The notes below the pieces were generated by a model. It was not told the DNA's origin and ran no database searches. It saw nothing but the letters and a program-made list of their open reading frames with translations. The position numbers and the translations under genes were made by a program. A stretch of DNA of 64,000 nucleotides. Origin: a virus. The stretch lies in IMG/VR virus record IMGVR_UViG_3300029258_003681; one strand, written 5' to 3'. How positions within the stretch are numbered: position 1 is the first letter of the stretch; each line of letters begins with the position of its first letter. Positions 40,255 through 48,999 of the stretch are shown here, piece by piece.

Positions 40255-43128
40255 TTGCAAGTTATCATTTCAGGAATGGTCTGGCTCCCGCGTGGGGAAT
40301 TGAACAATTATCAGATCAACAACATCAAGCAGGACCTGACGATTCAGCCTCGCAAGACAACTGATATTCAGACGAAAGAAAACCCCGCTCCTATTTTCCT
40401 GTTCGAGGAGGATGAGGAGCGGGGGATGATTGGTGTTCCTCGTCATTATTATCTGGAGAAGAAGACTAGTGATCACGAGGAGGTGTTGGACGTTTCATAT
40501 GGTCGTCCGATGCGTGATTTGCAGACGAATTTCAAGGCCGATGGTCCATATGCTGAACAGTTGGATGCGCTTGATGAGTTGACCCTTGCTTTGGAGGGCC
40601 GCAAGTGGGGTGGTGTGTTGTTGAGGGGGGCGCCTGGTTTCGGGAAGACGATTGCATCGTTGGAGTTTGCGCGTCGGATTGGTCGAAAGACGCTGATCTT
40701 GGTTCACAAGGATTTTCTGGTTCGACAATGGAAGAAGCGTCTTCTTTGGTTGATGCCAGATGCTCGGGTGGGAATTATCAAGCAGAAGGTGTGTGAGTTT
40801 GACGAGTTGCAATCAAACGGGGAGGCGCCCGATTTTGTGATTGCTCTTTTGCAGTCGCTCTCCCGTGATGATGGGTTCAAGTATCCCGATCAACTATACT
40901 CGGCCTTCGGGACGATCATTTCTGATGAGTCGTTGCCATGCGATTCGATGATTCTGACGGAGGATGGTCCACGCAAGATTGGTGAATTAGTGGCTGAGGA
41001 TCGTCCACTGCGTGTTGTGGCTTATGATCGTGGGTCGAAACAGTTTTCACTGAAGAGGGTGACTAGGAGATGGGCGCATCCTCCGAAGTGTCGAATGGTC
41101 GAAGTTGTGCATGAGTGTGGTTCATTCCGATGTACGGAAAACCATGTTATTGTTACACCTTTGGGGGATGTTCGTGCGAAAGACCTCGCTGTTGGAGTGG
41201 ATTCTGTGGTATGCTATCGGCATGGAGATTCCAAACGAAACGTACAGAAAAAAGATGGAGTTGATCGTCGGATCGACGATGGGAGACGGTTGTCTTTCGA
41301 AGTTGCCAAGGAGTGCGAAGGCGCGTTTTCGTGTATCGCAGGGAGTCGCGCAGCGAGAACTTGTGCTGGCGAAGTTCGATGTGCTGCGAGAGTGGGTGAA
41401 GACGCCACCGAAGGAAGTGCCAAATATGGGGTGGGGGAAGACGCTTTGTGTGTTCTCAACTCTTGGCAGGGAGGACCTGGAGCATGTACGCCTTGCGTTC
41501 TATCCAGGGGGGCGGAAGAGGCCGAGCATGGAATTGCTGGAGGAGTTCTGGTCACCTCAGCTCCTGGCGTGGTGGCTGATGGACGACGGCAGTCATGCGG
41601 GGCCAGTCCTTCGCCTACACACGGAAGGGTTCGATCGGGAAGATGTAGAGCAGCTGGCGGCATGGTTGACGGATCGTGGGCTGGAAGCGCATGCGAGTCC
41701 GACGAAGAAGTATTGGCTGGTTGCATTTTCGAACCAGGGATCGCGGGACGCGGCTCGGATGGTCCATTCGTTCATGATTCCATCCTTGGCATACAAGACA
41801 GAACCTCTTCTGCGCTTACCGAGGCCGACAATTTGCGTGGTTTGTGGGGCGAAGATTCCGCGCGAAGAGTCGGAGCGTCCCAAGAGAAAATATTGCCATT
41901 TGGAATTTTGCCAGACGGTGAGGCTGGCCGTGTCGTCAGGGTATTGGGGGAACGATCCTGTGAGAATTGCGGAGATGTATCGAGGGAGGGTATGTCGAGT
42001 CTGCGGGGTGTCTCTTCCATTGAATGTAGGGAAGGGTCGGAATCGGAAGATATGCGATTCTCCGTTTTGTCAGAGGGCGCGGGCTATAGCGAGATCGCAG
42101 ATGCAGTACTACGGGATTCAGAAGGAGAGCTTGCAGGAGATCCGTTCGCGTCTCGTATCTTGAGTGTTGTGCCAGTGGCCACGCCAGATCTGGTATATGA
42201 TTTATCGGTGGAGGGTCTTCATAATTTTATTGCAGATGGGGTGGTCGTTCATAATTGTCATCGCGTGGGCGCGGGCACGTGGGCGGGCATTATGCCAAGG
42301 TTCAATGCTGCATGGCGCCTGGGTGTTACTGCGACCCCTCGTCGCAAGGACGGCGCTCAGGATGTGTTTTTCAGGCACATCTCGCCGATTACCTATTCTG
42401 CTCACACGCAGATGATGCGTCCGAAGCTTCGCAGGGTTTTTACTGATTCTGTGCTGAAACCTATATCGAGAGGAAAATACCAGGTTTCGGTTTCCAATCT
42501 CAACAGCGGTCAGGTCATTAATCAGCTCGCTGCGGATAAATTTCGTACCAGGCATATCGTGGACGATATGGTCAAGGGCGTGGTGGCTGGCAGGAAGCTT
42601 ATTGTGGTCAGTGAACGGCTGGGACATCTCAAAGCAATGGCGGAGCAGCTTGGGGCGATTCTGTTTGGTATGGATCTTCCGTTTGTTCCTCGTCTCGATT
42701 TCTACACTGGGGATTGGTTCTCGGGAGAAAAATGGGAAGCAACAAAGCGTGGGAGGAAGGGTAAAATTCTGCATCGTAAAGGAGATCCGAAGTTCAAAAA
42801 AAGATCTGATGCAGATTTGGAGAAGGCTGAGTCGGCTAACGTCATATTCGCAACCAAGCAGATGGTGGAGGAGGCGCTGGATATCCCGCCGATTGATGTG
42901 TTGGTGATGGCGACGCCTCTTGGCGATGTTGAGCAGCTTGTTGGACGGAGTCAGAGGTGGTGTTTTCCAGAGGAGAAGAAGTGCAAGACCTTGTGTCCTT
43001 GGCGTGCGGGGAAATGCAAGAAGAAGTCTCAGCCGATTATAGTTGATGTAGTGGATGAGAACATTGATCAGTTGCGTCCTAAATATAATAGGCGCTTGCG
43101 TTTTTACAAGAAAGTGGGGGCGATTTAG
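40255..43128 (+). CDS. SF2 DEAH-box helicase (UvsW-like) interrupted by an intein
   Basis: GAPGFGKT; IISDE|intein|CHR (DECH after splicing); GVTATPRR; DIPPID; EQLVGRSQR. Confidence 0.9.
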   Translation: MQVIISGMVWLPRGELNNYQINNIKQDLTIQPRKTTDIQTKENPAPIFLFEEDEERGMIGVPRHYYLEKKTSDHEEVLDVSYGRPMRDLQTNFKADGPYAEQLDALDELTLALEGRKWGGVLLRGAPGFGKTIASLEFARRIGRKTLILVHKDFLVRQWKKRLLWLMPDARVGIIKQKVCEFDELQSNGEAPDFVIALLQSLSRDDGFKYPDQLYSAFGTIISDESLPCDSMILTEDGPRKIGELVAEDRPLRVVAYDRGSKQFSLKRVTRRWAHPPKCRMVEVVHECGSFRCTENHVIVTPLGDVRAKDLAVGVDSVVCYRHGDSKRNVQKKDGVDRRIDDGRRLSFEVAKECEGAFSCIAGSRAARTCAGEVRCAARVGEDATEGSAKYGVGEDALCVLNSWQGGPGACTPCVLSRGAEEAEHGIAGGVLVTSAPGVVADGRRQSCGASPSPTHGRVRSGRCRAAGGMVDGSWAGSACESDEEVLAGCIFEPGIAGRGSDGPFVHDSILGIQDRTSSALTEADNLRGLWGEDSARRVGASQEKILPFGILPDGEAGRVVRVLGERSCENCGDVSREGMSSLRGVSSIECREGSESEDMRFSVLSEGAGYSEIADAVLRDSEGELAGDPFASRILSVVPVATPDLVYDLSVEGLHNFIADGVVVHNCHRVGAGTWAGIMPRFNAAWRLGVTATPRRKDGAQDVFFRHISPITYSAHTQMMRPKLRRVFTDSVLKPISRGKYQVSVSNLNSGQVINQLAADKFRTRHIVDDMVKGVVAGRKLIVVSERLGHLKAMAEQLGAILFGMDLPFVPRLDFYTGDWFSGEKWEATKRGRKGKILHRKGDPKFKKRSDADLEKAESANVIFATKQMVEEALDIPPIDVLVMATPLGDVEQLVGRSQRWCFPEEKKCKTLCPWRAGKCKKKSQPIIVDVVDENIDQLRPKYNRRLRFYKKVGAI
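40930..42255 (+). mobile_element. intein (442 aa) inserted in helicase motif II
   Basis: Block A SLPCDSMILTEDG (Ser1), block B FRCTENH, blocks F/G VYDLSVEGLHNFIADGVVVHN followed by Cys+1. Confidence 0.92.
41222..42163 (+). CDS. LAGLIDADG homing endonuclease with C-terminal Cys4 zinc fingers, nested out of frame (+1) in the intein
   Basis: LIVGSTMGDGCL and LAWWLMDDGS motifs; CVVC..YCHLEFC and CRVC..ICDSPFC; start position uncertain. Confidence 0.85.
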   Translation: MEIPNETYRKKMELIVGSTMGDGCLSKLPRSAKARFRVSQGVAQRELVLAKFDVLREWVKTPPKEVPNMGWGKTLCVFSTLGREDLEHVRLAFYPGGRKRPSMELLEEFWSPQLLAWWLMDDGSHAGPVLRLHTEGFDREDVEQLAAWLTDRGLEAHASPTKKYWLVAFSNQGSRDAARMVHSFMIPSLAYKTEPLLRLPRPTICVVCGAKIPREESERPKRKYCHLEFCQTVRLAVSSGYWGNDPVRIAEMYRGRVCRVCGVSLPLNVGKGRNRKICDSPFCQRARAIARSQMQYYGIQKESLQEIRSRLVS

Positions 43129-43186
43129 AAAGTGTTGAGAAAACGCAAAGAAGGGTGTAAGATAGTGGTTCTTCGAGAGGGTGTTT

Positions 43187-43702
43187 ATGGCTGAACCGAC
43201 AGAAAAAAAGGATCGAAAAGCGTACTTCCAATTCTATTATGCGGAGCGTAAGGCGGATCTTTCTCAAAAGCGCAAGGATCGATATCAGGCTGATCCTGAG
43301 TATCGCGAGCGAGCAAAGGAAGCTGCTCGCGCATATCGGAGGCGCAAGAAAGAGGAGAGGGAGAGGTTGCGCGCATCGGGAGAGTTGCCTCCTGCTCGGC
43401 CCAAGGGTCCGAGGAAACCAGTGGATGTCATGATAAGGGGAGAGCGTTGTCAAGCGTACACGGTGACGGTGACGGCACAACGATTGAATCGGTCGGTGGA
43501 CACTATCAATTACTGGACGAAGGTGGGTTTGTTGCCGCCGACTCCGATCCGTTCGAAGCGAGGTGATAGGCTCTATACGGATGCCATGATCGTTGTTATG
43601 CAGACAGCGATTTCTAGGCGCGGAAAAGTTGCATTGAAGGATACGGCATTTTGCCAGGAGATACTGGACGGTTGGCGCGAGGCAGGGGTTTATTCTAGTT
43701 GA
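43187..43702 (+). CDS. MerR-like HTH DNA-binding protein
   Basis: TVTVTAQRLNRSVDTINYWTKVGLLP...RGDRLYT. Confidence 0.75.
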   Translation: MAEPTEKKDRKAYFQFYYAERKADLSQKRKDRYQADPEYRERAKEAARAYRRRKKEERERLRASGELPPARPKGPRKPVDVMIRGERCQAYTVTVTAQRLNRSVDTINYWTKVGLLPPTPIRSKRGDRLYTDAMIVVMQTAISRRGKVALKDTAFCQEILDGWREAGVYSS

Positions 43703-43726
43703 CTAACGGCCTGAATGCTGTAATAT
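43699..43726 (+). promoter_or_regulatory. sigma70-like promoter TTGACT-N16-TAATAT
   Basis: Same form as the promoter at 20835. Confidence 0.7.
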
Positions 43727-43767
43727 GAACACTCGAAACGCAGCAAGATGCTGTGGGAGGTTGAAAG

Positions 43768-44328
43768 ATGGGCGAACGCAGAAGCGAAGGTAAGGATAAC
43801 TTGGTTCATACAGTGGGGAAGGATCCTGGGGTGCTCTTAAAAGAGGAGACGGGGAACGATGGGAAATTTAGGAGCCAGACGGATGCGGATACAGAGAATT
43901 TGTCAGCGTCGTTTGGCCGCACGATTCATTTAGGGAATTTTGAATTTGCCAGGGTGAATTGTGGCATAAAAGCGGGTCTTTTGTATCCTGTTGAGCAGGA
44001 GCAACGAGAGGCGACATACAAGCGGATGCACGATGCGATCGAGGAGGTTTTGGATCGCGAAGAGGCGTTTATCCGAGGACAGGATCGTGAGTTCAAGCCG
44101 ATCGATCTGACGGATCTCGGTGTGCAGCTTTCGATCTGGGTGGACTATGGAATGACGTTCAAGAATAAGGGCATGGACAGCAACAAGGTTGATGTTTCTG
44201 CTTCGCGTCGTTTGGCTGATGGTTCGGATTTTGAGACGCAGCTGACCATCTTGTCGGAAGAGGTTGGCGAGCGAATTGGCGCCTACAAGGCTCGGGTCTT
44301 GGGGACTGATGGGGATGTAGGGCTTTAG
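43768..44328 (+). CDS. hypothetical protein with two internally similar halves
   Basis: SFGRTIHLGNFEFARVNCG resembles DYGMTFKNKGMDSNKVDVS. Confidence 0.6.
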   Translation: MGERRSEGKDNLVHTVGKDPGVLLKEETGNDGKFRSQTDADTENLSASFGRTIHLGNFEFARVNCGIKAGLLYPVEQEQREATYKRMHDAIEEVLDREEAFIRGQDREFKPIDLTDLGVQLSIWVDYGMTFKNKGMDSNKVDVSASRRLADGSDFETQLTILSEEVGERIGAYKARVLGTDGDVGL

Positions 44329-44545
44329 GGATGTTAAACGAACTTGGGTTCGCAACCAGGGTGTGTATAGCCCTGATGTGATAGACGTGGCGCTTTGGGA
44401 AAGGTCTATGTTTTGCGGTGACATAGGCATATCGCGTGTTTGACGACGGTTGAGCAAGAGGAAGTGCATGACTGAAGACGTTCGGTTGGACAGGTTTGAG
44501 GAGGCCACGACGCTACCTGGCGTTGTTGTGCGACGTGGCAATTTT

Positions 44546-44686
44546 GGGTGAGTGGCGACAAGGTAGTCGCACCGAGCATGGAGCACGGCGATTGCTCTGA
44601 GTCAGTATCGGCCACGGAAGTGGTGCTGTAGTTACGGCTTAGAAAACATGCTCGGATCGCTGTTGGGTTCGATTCCCTCTCGCCCG
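44546..44686 (+). ncRNA. tRNA-like RNA with the anticodon loop replaced by a ~66-nt structured insert
   Basis: Acceptor GGGTGAG/CTCGCCC, D-arm GCGAC-AAGGTA-GTCGC, 9-bp stem CCGAGCATG/CATGCTCGG, T-loop GGG-TTCGATT-CCC. Confidence 0.55.
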
Positions 44687-44732
44687 CTTGAACGATCACG
44701 AGATGGATTCTCGTGTTGCTGAAGGAGTTGAA

Positions 44733-45842
44733 ATGATTTTGTTGGGTTTGTTGGCTATCCCCTTGATCATCGGGGTGGTGGCGATGATTTTTGGAAAAGG
44801 CGAGCTGACGTGGAAGGAATTTCTTGTCCAGGAGGGTGTGATTCTCTTGCTTGTGGGGGGAGGCTACGGAGCGTCTGTGGCTATTACACGCTGGAGCGCG
44901 TCGGACGATACGGAGATTTGGAACGGGCGCGTAGCGGACAAGAAAAAAGGCACTGAGCACTGCTGTCATTCGTATCAATGCAATCCGCATCCGTGTATGT
45001 GTGATAGCAAGGGGAGATGCTCGACGTGTTGGGATACTTGCTACCGTCATGCGTGGGATGTCGTGTGGAGTGCAAGATCTACGAATGGAGAGACGATTTA
45101 CCGCAATGGGTGTAATCCGCCTGGTACGAGTACGCCTGCGAGGTGGACCACGATTGTCAAGGGCGAACCGACTGCTTTTGGCCACAGCTACACGAATTAC
45201 ATCAAGGCGAATCCTGAGAGTATTATGCGGAGGACAGGGGCGGCGAAGAAGTTCGCGGGGCTGTTGCCTGGATATCCGCAGGTCTATGACCACTATCGAG
45301 TGAGGCAGTTTCTCTTTATGAAGGTCAAGGTTGACAAGTCGCTGAAACAGTGGCTCGACGAAAAGCTCATGGATATCAACGGAGATATTGGTGCGCGCAA
45401 GCAGCTTAACATCATTGTGGTGGTTGCTGCTACCGACGATCCGCAGTACGTCGAGGCGCTTCGTGAGCACTGGCTCGGAGGGAAGAAGAATGATCTTGTG
45501 GTGGTGATTGGCGCGAAGCATTTTCCAGAGCTGTCGTTTGTGGGGACGGTCACGTGGTCGCGCAGTGAGGAAATGAAGCTGGCGATCCGCGACCGCATCA
45601 TGGAGACGGAGAAGTTCGACCACGAGAAGATCTTGTCGATAATTCAGGATGAGGCTTCGAATAAGTTTGTCAGGCAGGAGATGAAGGAGTACGAGTATCT
45701 GATGTCGAATGTGGAACCTCCCTGGTGGTTGCTGCTGATACTTTTTGTGCTCGGGCTTGCTGCCTCGATAGTCATGACAGTGTATTTCATCAGAAACGAT
45801 CCGTTTAAAAAAGGGTTTCGGCGTTTCCGTCGGTACTATTGA
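44733..45842 (+). CDS. membrane protein (two N-terminal TM, Cys-rich loop, TPM-like periplasmic domain, C-terminal TM)
   Basis: Hydropathy pattern; LNIIVVV..LREHWLGGKKNDLVVVIG. Confidence 0.6.
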   Translation: MILLGLLAIPLIIGVVAMIFGKGELTWKEFLVQEGVILLLVGGGYGASVAITRWSASDDTEIWNGRVADKKKGTEHCCHSYQCNPHPCMCDSKGRCSTCWDTCYRHAWDVVWSARSTNGETIYRNGCNPPGTSTPARWTTIVKGEPTAFGHSYTNYIKANPESIMRRTGAAKKFAGLLPGYPQVYDHYRVRQFLFMKVKVDKSLKQWLDEKLMDINGDIGARKQLNIIVVVAATDDPQYVEALREHWLGGKKNDLVVVIGAKHFPELSFVGTVTWSRSEEMKLAIRDRIMETEKFDHEKILSIIQDEASNKFVRQEMKEYEYLMSNVEPPWWLLLILFVLGLAASIVMTVYFIRNDPFKKGFRRFRRYY

Positions 45843-45855
45843 AAGGAGAAGGAAA

Positions 45856-46425
45856 ATGGGTAGAGGAGCGATTGTTGTGTTGTCTATTGTTGGGGTTTTG
45901 GTGGTGTTCGTTTTCGGGATCTCGTGCAGCGCCCTGAACTATCGCCAGGATTGTGTCAAGTCGGAGGCTGGGATCAAAGCCCAGTACAAGCAGAACCAGA
46001 ACAACTACGATAACATGTGGAAGAAGTTCAAGGAGGTTGCTGCCGTCCCGTCGATGTATGCTAACGACCTGAAGAAGTTGTGGTCTAAGGCGATGGATGC
46101 ACGGTATGGCAACGAGGGCCAGACGATGTTCCGATGGATCCAGGAGCAGAATCCCAATCTCGATCCAGCCGTGTACAAGCAGTTGCAGCGGACTTTGGAG
46201 GCGGGCAGGAATTCATTTGAAGCCGACCAGAAGCAGCTGGTGGACAAGAAGCGCCAGTATGAGGTGATGCTCAAGGGGACAAGATCTCTGTTTTTCAACT
46301 GGTTCTTTATGTTCCCTCGTATGGATTTGGACAAGTACGATATTGTGACTTCGGACAAGACCGAGAAGGTGTTCGAGGGCAAGAAGGACAACGGGGTGTT
46401 GTTCGAGACTCCGTCTGAGGGGTGA
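45856..46425 (+). CDS. LemA-like membrane-anchored protein
   Basis: N-terminal TM followed by an amphipathic helical bundle (IKAQYKQNQNNYDNMWKK...EAGRNSF); adjacent to the TPM-like gene. Confidence 0.55.
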   Translation: MGRGAIVVLSIVGVLVVFVFGISCSALNYRQDCVKSEAGIKAQYKQNQNNYDNMWKKFKEVAAVPSMYANDLKKLWSKAMDARYGNEGQTMFRWIQEQNPNLDPAVYKQLQRTLEAGRNSFEADQKQLVDKKRQYEVMLKGTRSLFFNWFFMFPRMDLDKYDIVTSDKTEKVFEGKKDNGVLFETPSEG

Positions 46426-46433
46426 GGTAGATG

Positions 46434-46508
46434 GCCTCTGTAGCTCAATTGGCAGAGCGGCAGGCTTTCAATCCTGGTCGGTTCTAGGTTCGAGTCCTAG
46501 TGGGGGCG
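46434..46508 (+). tRNA. atypical tRNA with 8-nt anticodon loop CTTTCAAT (TTC Glu or TCA reading)
   Basis: Acceptor GCCTCTG/TGGGGGC (three G-U pairs), D-arm GCTC/GAGC, T-arm CTAGG-TTCGAGT-CCTAG, 4-bp anticodon stem CAGG/CCTG. Confidence 0.7.
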
Positions 46509-46530
46509 CAGAAAGGAGCAGTCTGGTCTC

Positions 46531-46845
46531 ATGAGAGAACTCAAATTTATCATTGTAGAGGACGGAGAAGAGAGAATTGTGCGATTAGGAGATTCTTTTC
46601 CTGTAGGAACTCCTGCATTTCAGTACACTGATCGCAAGGACAAAAATGGGGTTGAGCTGTATGAGGGAGACATTTTGGCCATTCCTCCACATCTGGGATT
46701 GATAGGCGATATAGAGGAGGAGGTCATCCTTAAATTCAAGAAAGGCCACCTGAACGTTGATCTGGATATTGAGGGTTGCTGTTGGGTCATTGGAAATATC
46801 CGTAAGGACCCTGAGCGCGTGAAAGAATTCATGTCGAAGGAGTAG
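46531..46845 (+). CDS. YopX-family protein
   Basis: QYTDRKDKNGVELYEGDIL ... VIGNI. Confidence 0.75.
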   Translation: MRELKFIIVEDGEERIVRLGDSFPVGTPAFQYTDRKDKNGVELYEGDILAIPPHLGLIGDIEEEVILKFKKGHLNVDLDIEGCCWVIGNIRKDPERVKEFMSKE

Positions 46846-46848
46846 ATT

Positions 46849-48484
46849 ATGAAGAAGCTACATTTAGTGACGCAGCGAGGGCAGCCGTATGGAAGTCAGA
46901 GGCAGTGTTGTGAGCGCTGCGGCTTATCGATATATGAGATGGACGGTCTTGTGGATGGGTATGTCACAGACGAGAGGAAATATAGAGAGCCGCCAGGGGG
47001 CTGGGCTAAATGTGCTGACGCTTCGAAGGAGGTCGAAACAAACACTGAAAAGGAGATGTTATGAGCGAGTACAGAAATGAGATGAGAGAAGTCCACAGAG
47101 AGGCGCGGTGGACATTCTGGAAGTTCCTTCCGTTGCTGATTGTGGTCCTCGTAGTTTTCGCTGCAATTGGTTTCGGATTAAACAGTGTGGGCCTTTTCGG
47201 GAAGACTGTTGTTGAGCGGAAAGTGTTCGAGCAGTCCTACCAGCGGAGCGAAGCCATCAAGGCCCAGATTGCAACGGACGAAGCCGTGCTGGTCGAGATC
47301 GAGAGGAAGTTGATGAATCCAAAGCTAGATGAATCGATTCGTCATAACTTGGAAGCGCAAGCGGCGGCGGCCCGTGTCCGTATCGCCACAGCGAAAGGAA
47401 GACAGTAATGAAAAGATGTCTGATTGTATTTGTGATTATGTTGTTCTTGGCAGGGTGTGTTGTTTCTCCTGAAGAAACGACTGAAAGCAGAGATGCCCAA
47501 CGGGTGTCCCAGCAGCAATCCCAATACGAAAAAGGACAACCAATTCCAGCATTCGATTGGTCGCTGGAGAGACACCTTGTGATCGAGTTGTACAGGGTGC
47601 GGAACCAGAAGGCCGCGACTCACTCAGTCTGGAGATCAGATCGTGGAATGATCGAAGGGGACTGTCCATCTTATGGTTACGGTATTCCTTATGACACGAG
47701 TTTGACCAACCCATTGGTTGCAACAGATATTGATAACCAAGGGGAAGAACACAGCTATCAGGGAGGTGCTTTGGCTTCTATTGAACAAGCAGAGCCCAAC
47801 GGCATCTTCGCTTCCAAGAACACGGCGGCGACGTGGGTGATGTGTCTTGGGGAGGCTGGCAACATCGAGCCTGTGTACGTGGAGACGAAAGTCACGGTAT
47901 ACCCTGGCCCTGTCAAGGTGCACTACGATAGTAATCGGGTCATTCGAAGTGGAGCTGCCACGGTGCTGATCAAGAAGAAGTAAGCGGTTGACACCATTAA
48001 TGACCGTGATTAGGATGCTGGCATGACAAGATTCACCTGAATGCAGCGGTGCTAGAGCCCCACCCTAATAATCTTTCTCTGTTTGATGGCTGAAACAACC
48101 AGAAGGAGGAAGGTTATGAACGAGCGATTGATTCATCTAAGAGTAAAGATCAAGAACCTGGCTGACGAGGCGAGGACTATCCGTGAGGAGGCCGCGAAGG
48201 TCAGCGGGATGGCGAAGTGGAATCTAAACCATCATCGAAAGACGGTGGTGCGGCAGGCGGCCAGGGAGAACTTACTGGCCTACGGACTGCTGCGGAGGAT
48301 GCCCTACGAGGCGATAGAACGGCATACGAGCGCGTCTCCAAACTTCTCCAAGGTCAAGGCCCATGCGATGCGGTTCGGCGCCACGGAGGAGGAGGTGGTC
48401 GCGTGGATCGATGAGGCGAAAGCCTATCTGGAAAAGCAGGCGAAGAAAGAAGTTGACAAACGCCAAATGAGGATGGCAGTATAG
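46849..48484 (+). other. four CDS (46849..47064; 47061..47408 TM protein; 47408..47983 lipoprotein with LAGC lipobox; 48116..48484)
   Basis: ORF track; promoter TTGACA-N17-TAGGAT at 47988..48016 precedes the last. Confidence 0.6.
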
Positions 48485-48490
48485 CCGTTG

Positions 48491-48632
48491 GCGCTGAGAA
48501 CTGGAGAGAGACTTCAGCATTTTGGGATACAACCCGAAGGTTCCAGGTTCGAATCCTGGACTCCCCAATTTTACGGGGAGTTGGCTCAACGGCAGAGCAT
48601 CGTGCATCGTTTCTCGCGACTTCCCTCGGCGC
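48491..48632 (+). ncRNA. Y-RNA-like (YrlA-type) RNA with a circularly permuted tRNA domain
   Basis: T-arm 48543-59 precedes an acceptor stem closed by a loop (48560-81) and the D-arm (48584-98); terminal stems GCGCTGAG/CTCGGCGC and GAGAGAC/GTTTCTC; T run follows; TTGACAAACG promoter at 48453. Confidence 0.75.
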
Positions 48633-48643
48633 ATTTTTTTAAA

Positions 48644-48999
48644 GGGCTCGACACGGTTTCGACGTGGATCGACGAGATTAGGGTCTGCGTGCCCCGGATT
48701 CCGGTCGCCGGGTTAAAAAGGCTGGAAAACACAACTGGCGAAAATATGCCACTCCAGGAGGCCGCTTAGAGCTTCCTCGTCCTGCCCGCAAGGCTGCATA
48801 GCGGGGTCGTGGGCGTCATTATGCAGCGAACCTTGTTATGCTGTTGCCCATGTGCAGCGAGCATTGTAAGATCGAACATGAGGCATCCTCGGCGCTTTGT
48901 TCGTGGGCGAAGGGGTCAAAGAGTTGACGCGAACCACGCGCGTGGATGAGGACTTTGATTGAGGATTTGCGGACGGCGGTTCGACTCCGCCCGAGTCCA
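48644..48999 (+). ncRNA. ssrA: tmRNA; predicted tag (A)GENMPLQEAA*
   Basis: 5' GGGCTCG..TTCGAC and 3' GGTTCGACTCCGCCCGAGTCCA with G3-U70; tag ORF 48737..48769 ends in AA-stop; 356 nt. Confidence 0.92.

Noticed and set aside
41222-42163. Simple sequencing frameshift as the explanation for the out-of-frame endonuclease
   Set aside because: A single indel would break the helicase frame. It stays open and rejoins blocks F/G correctly, while the nuclease frame has its own stop; two compensating errors would not explain ~310 stop-free codons in the alternative frame. Read-level confirmation is still needed.
44555-44655. Group I or group II intron in the tRNA-like element
   Set aside because: The insert is only ~66 nt, far too short, and lacks the catalytic core motifs.
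48543-48598. Permuted tRNA gene that matures into a functional tRNA
   Set aside because: The two halves give a mismatched anticodon stem and no proper 7-nt anticodon loop, and the flanks form a long stem shared with two other elements; the Y-RNA model fits better.
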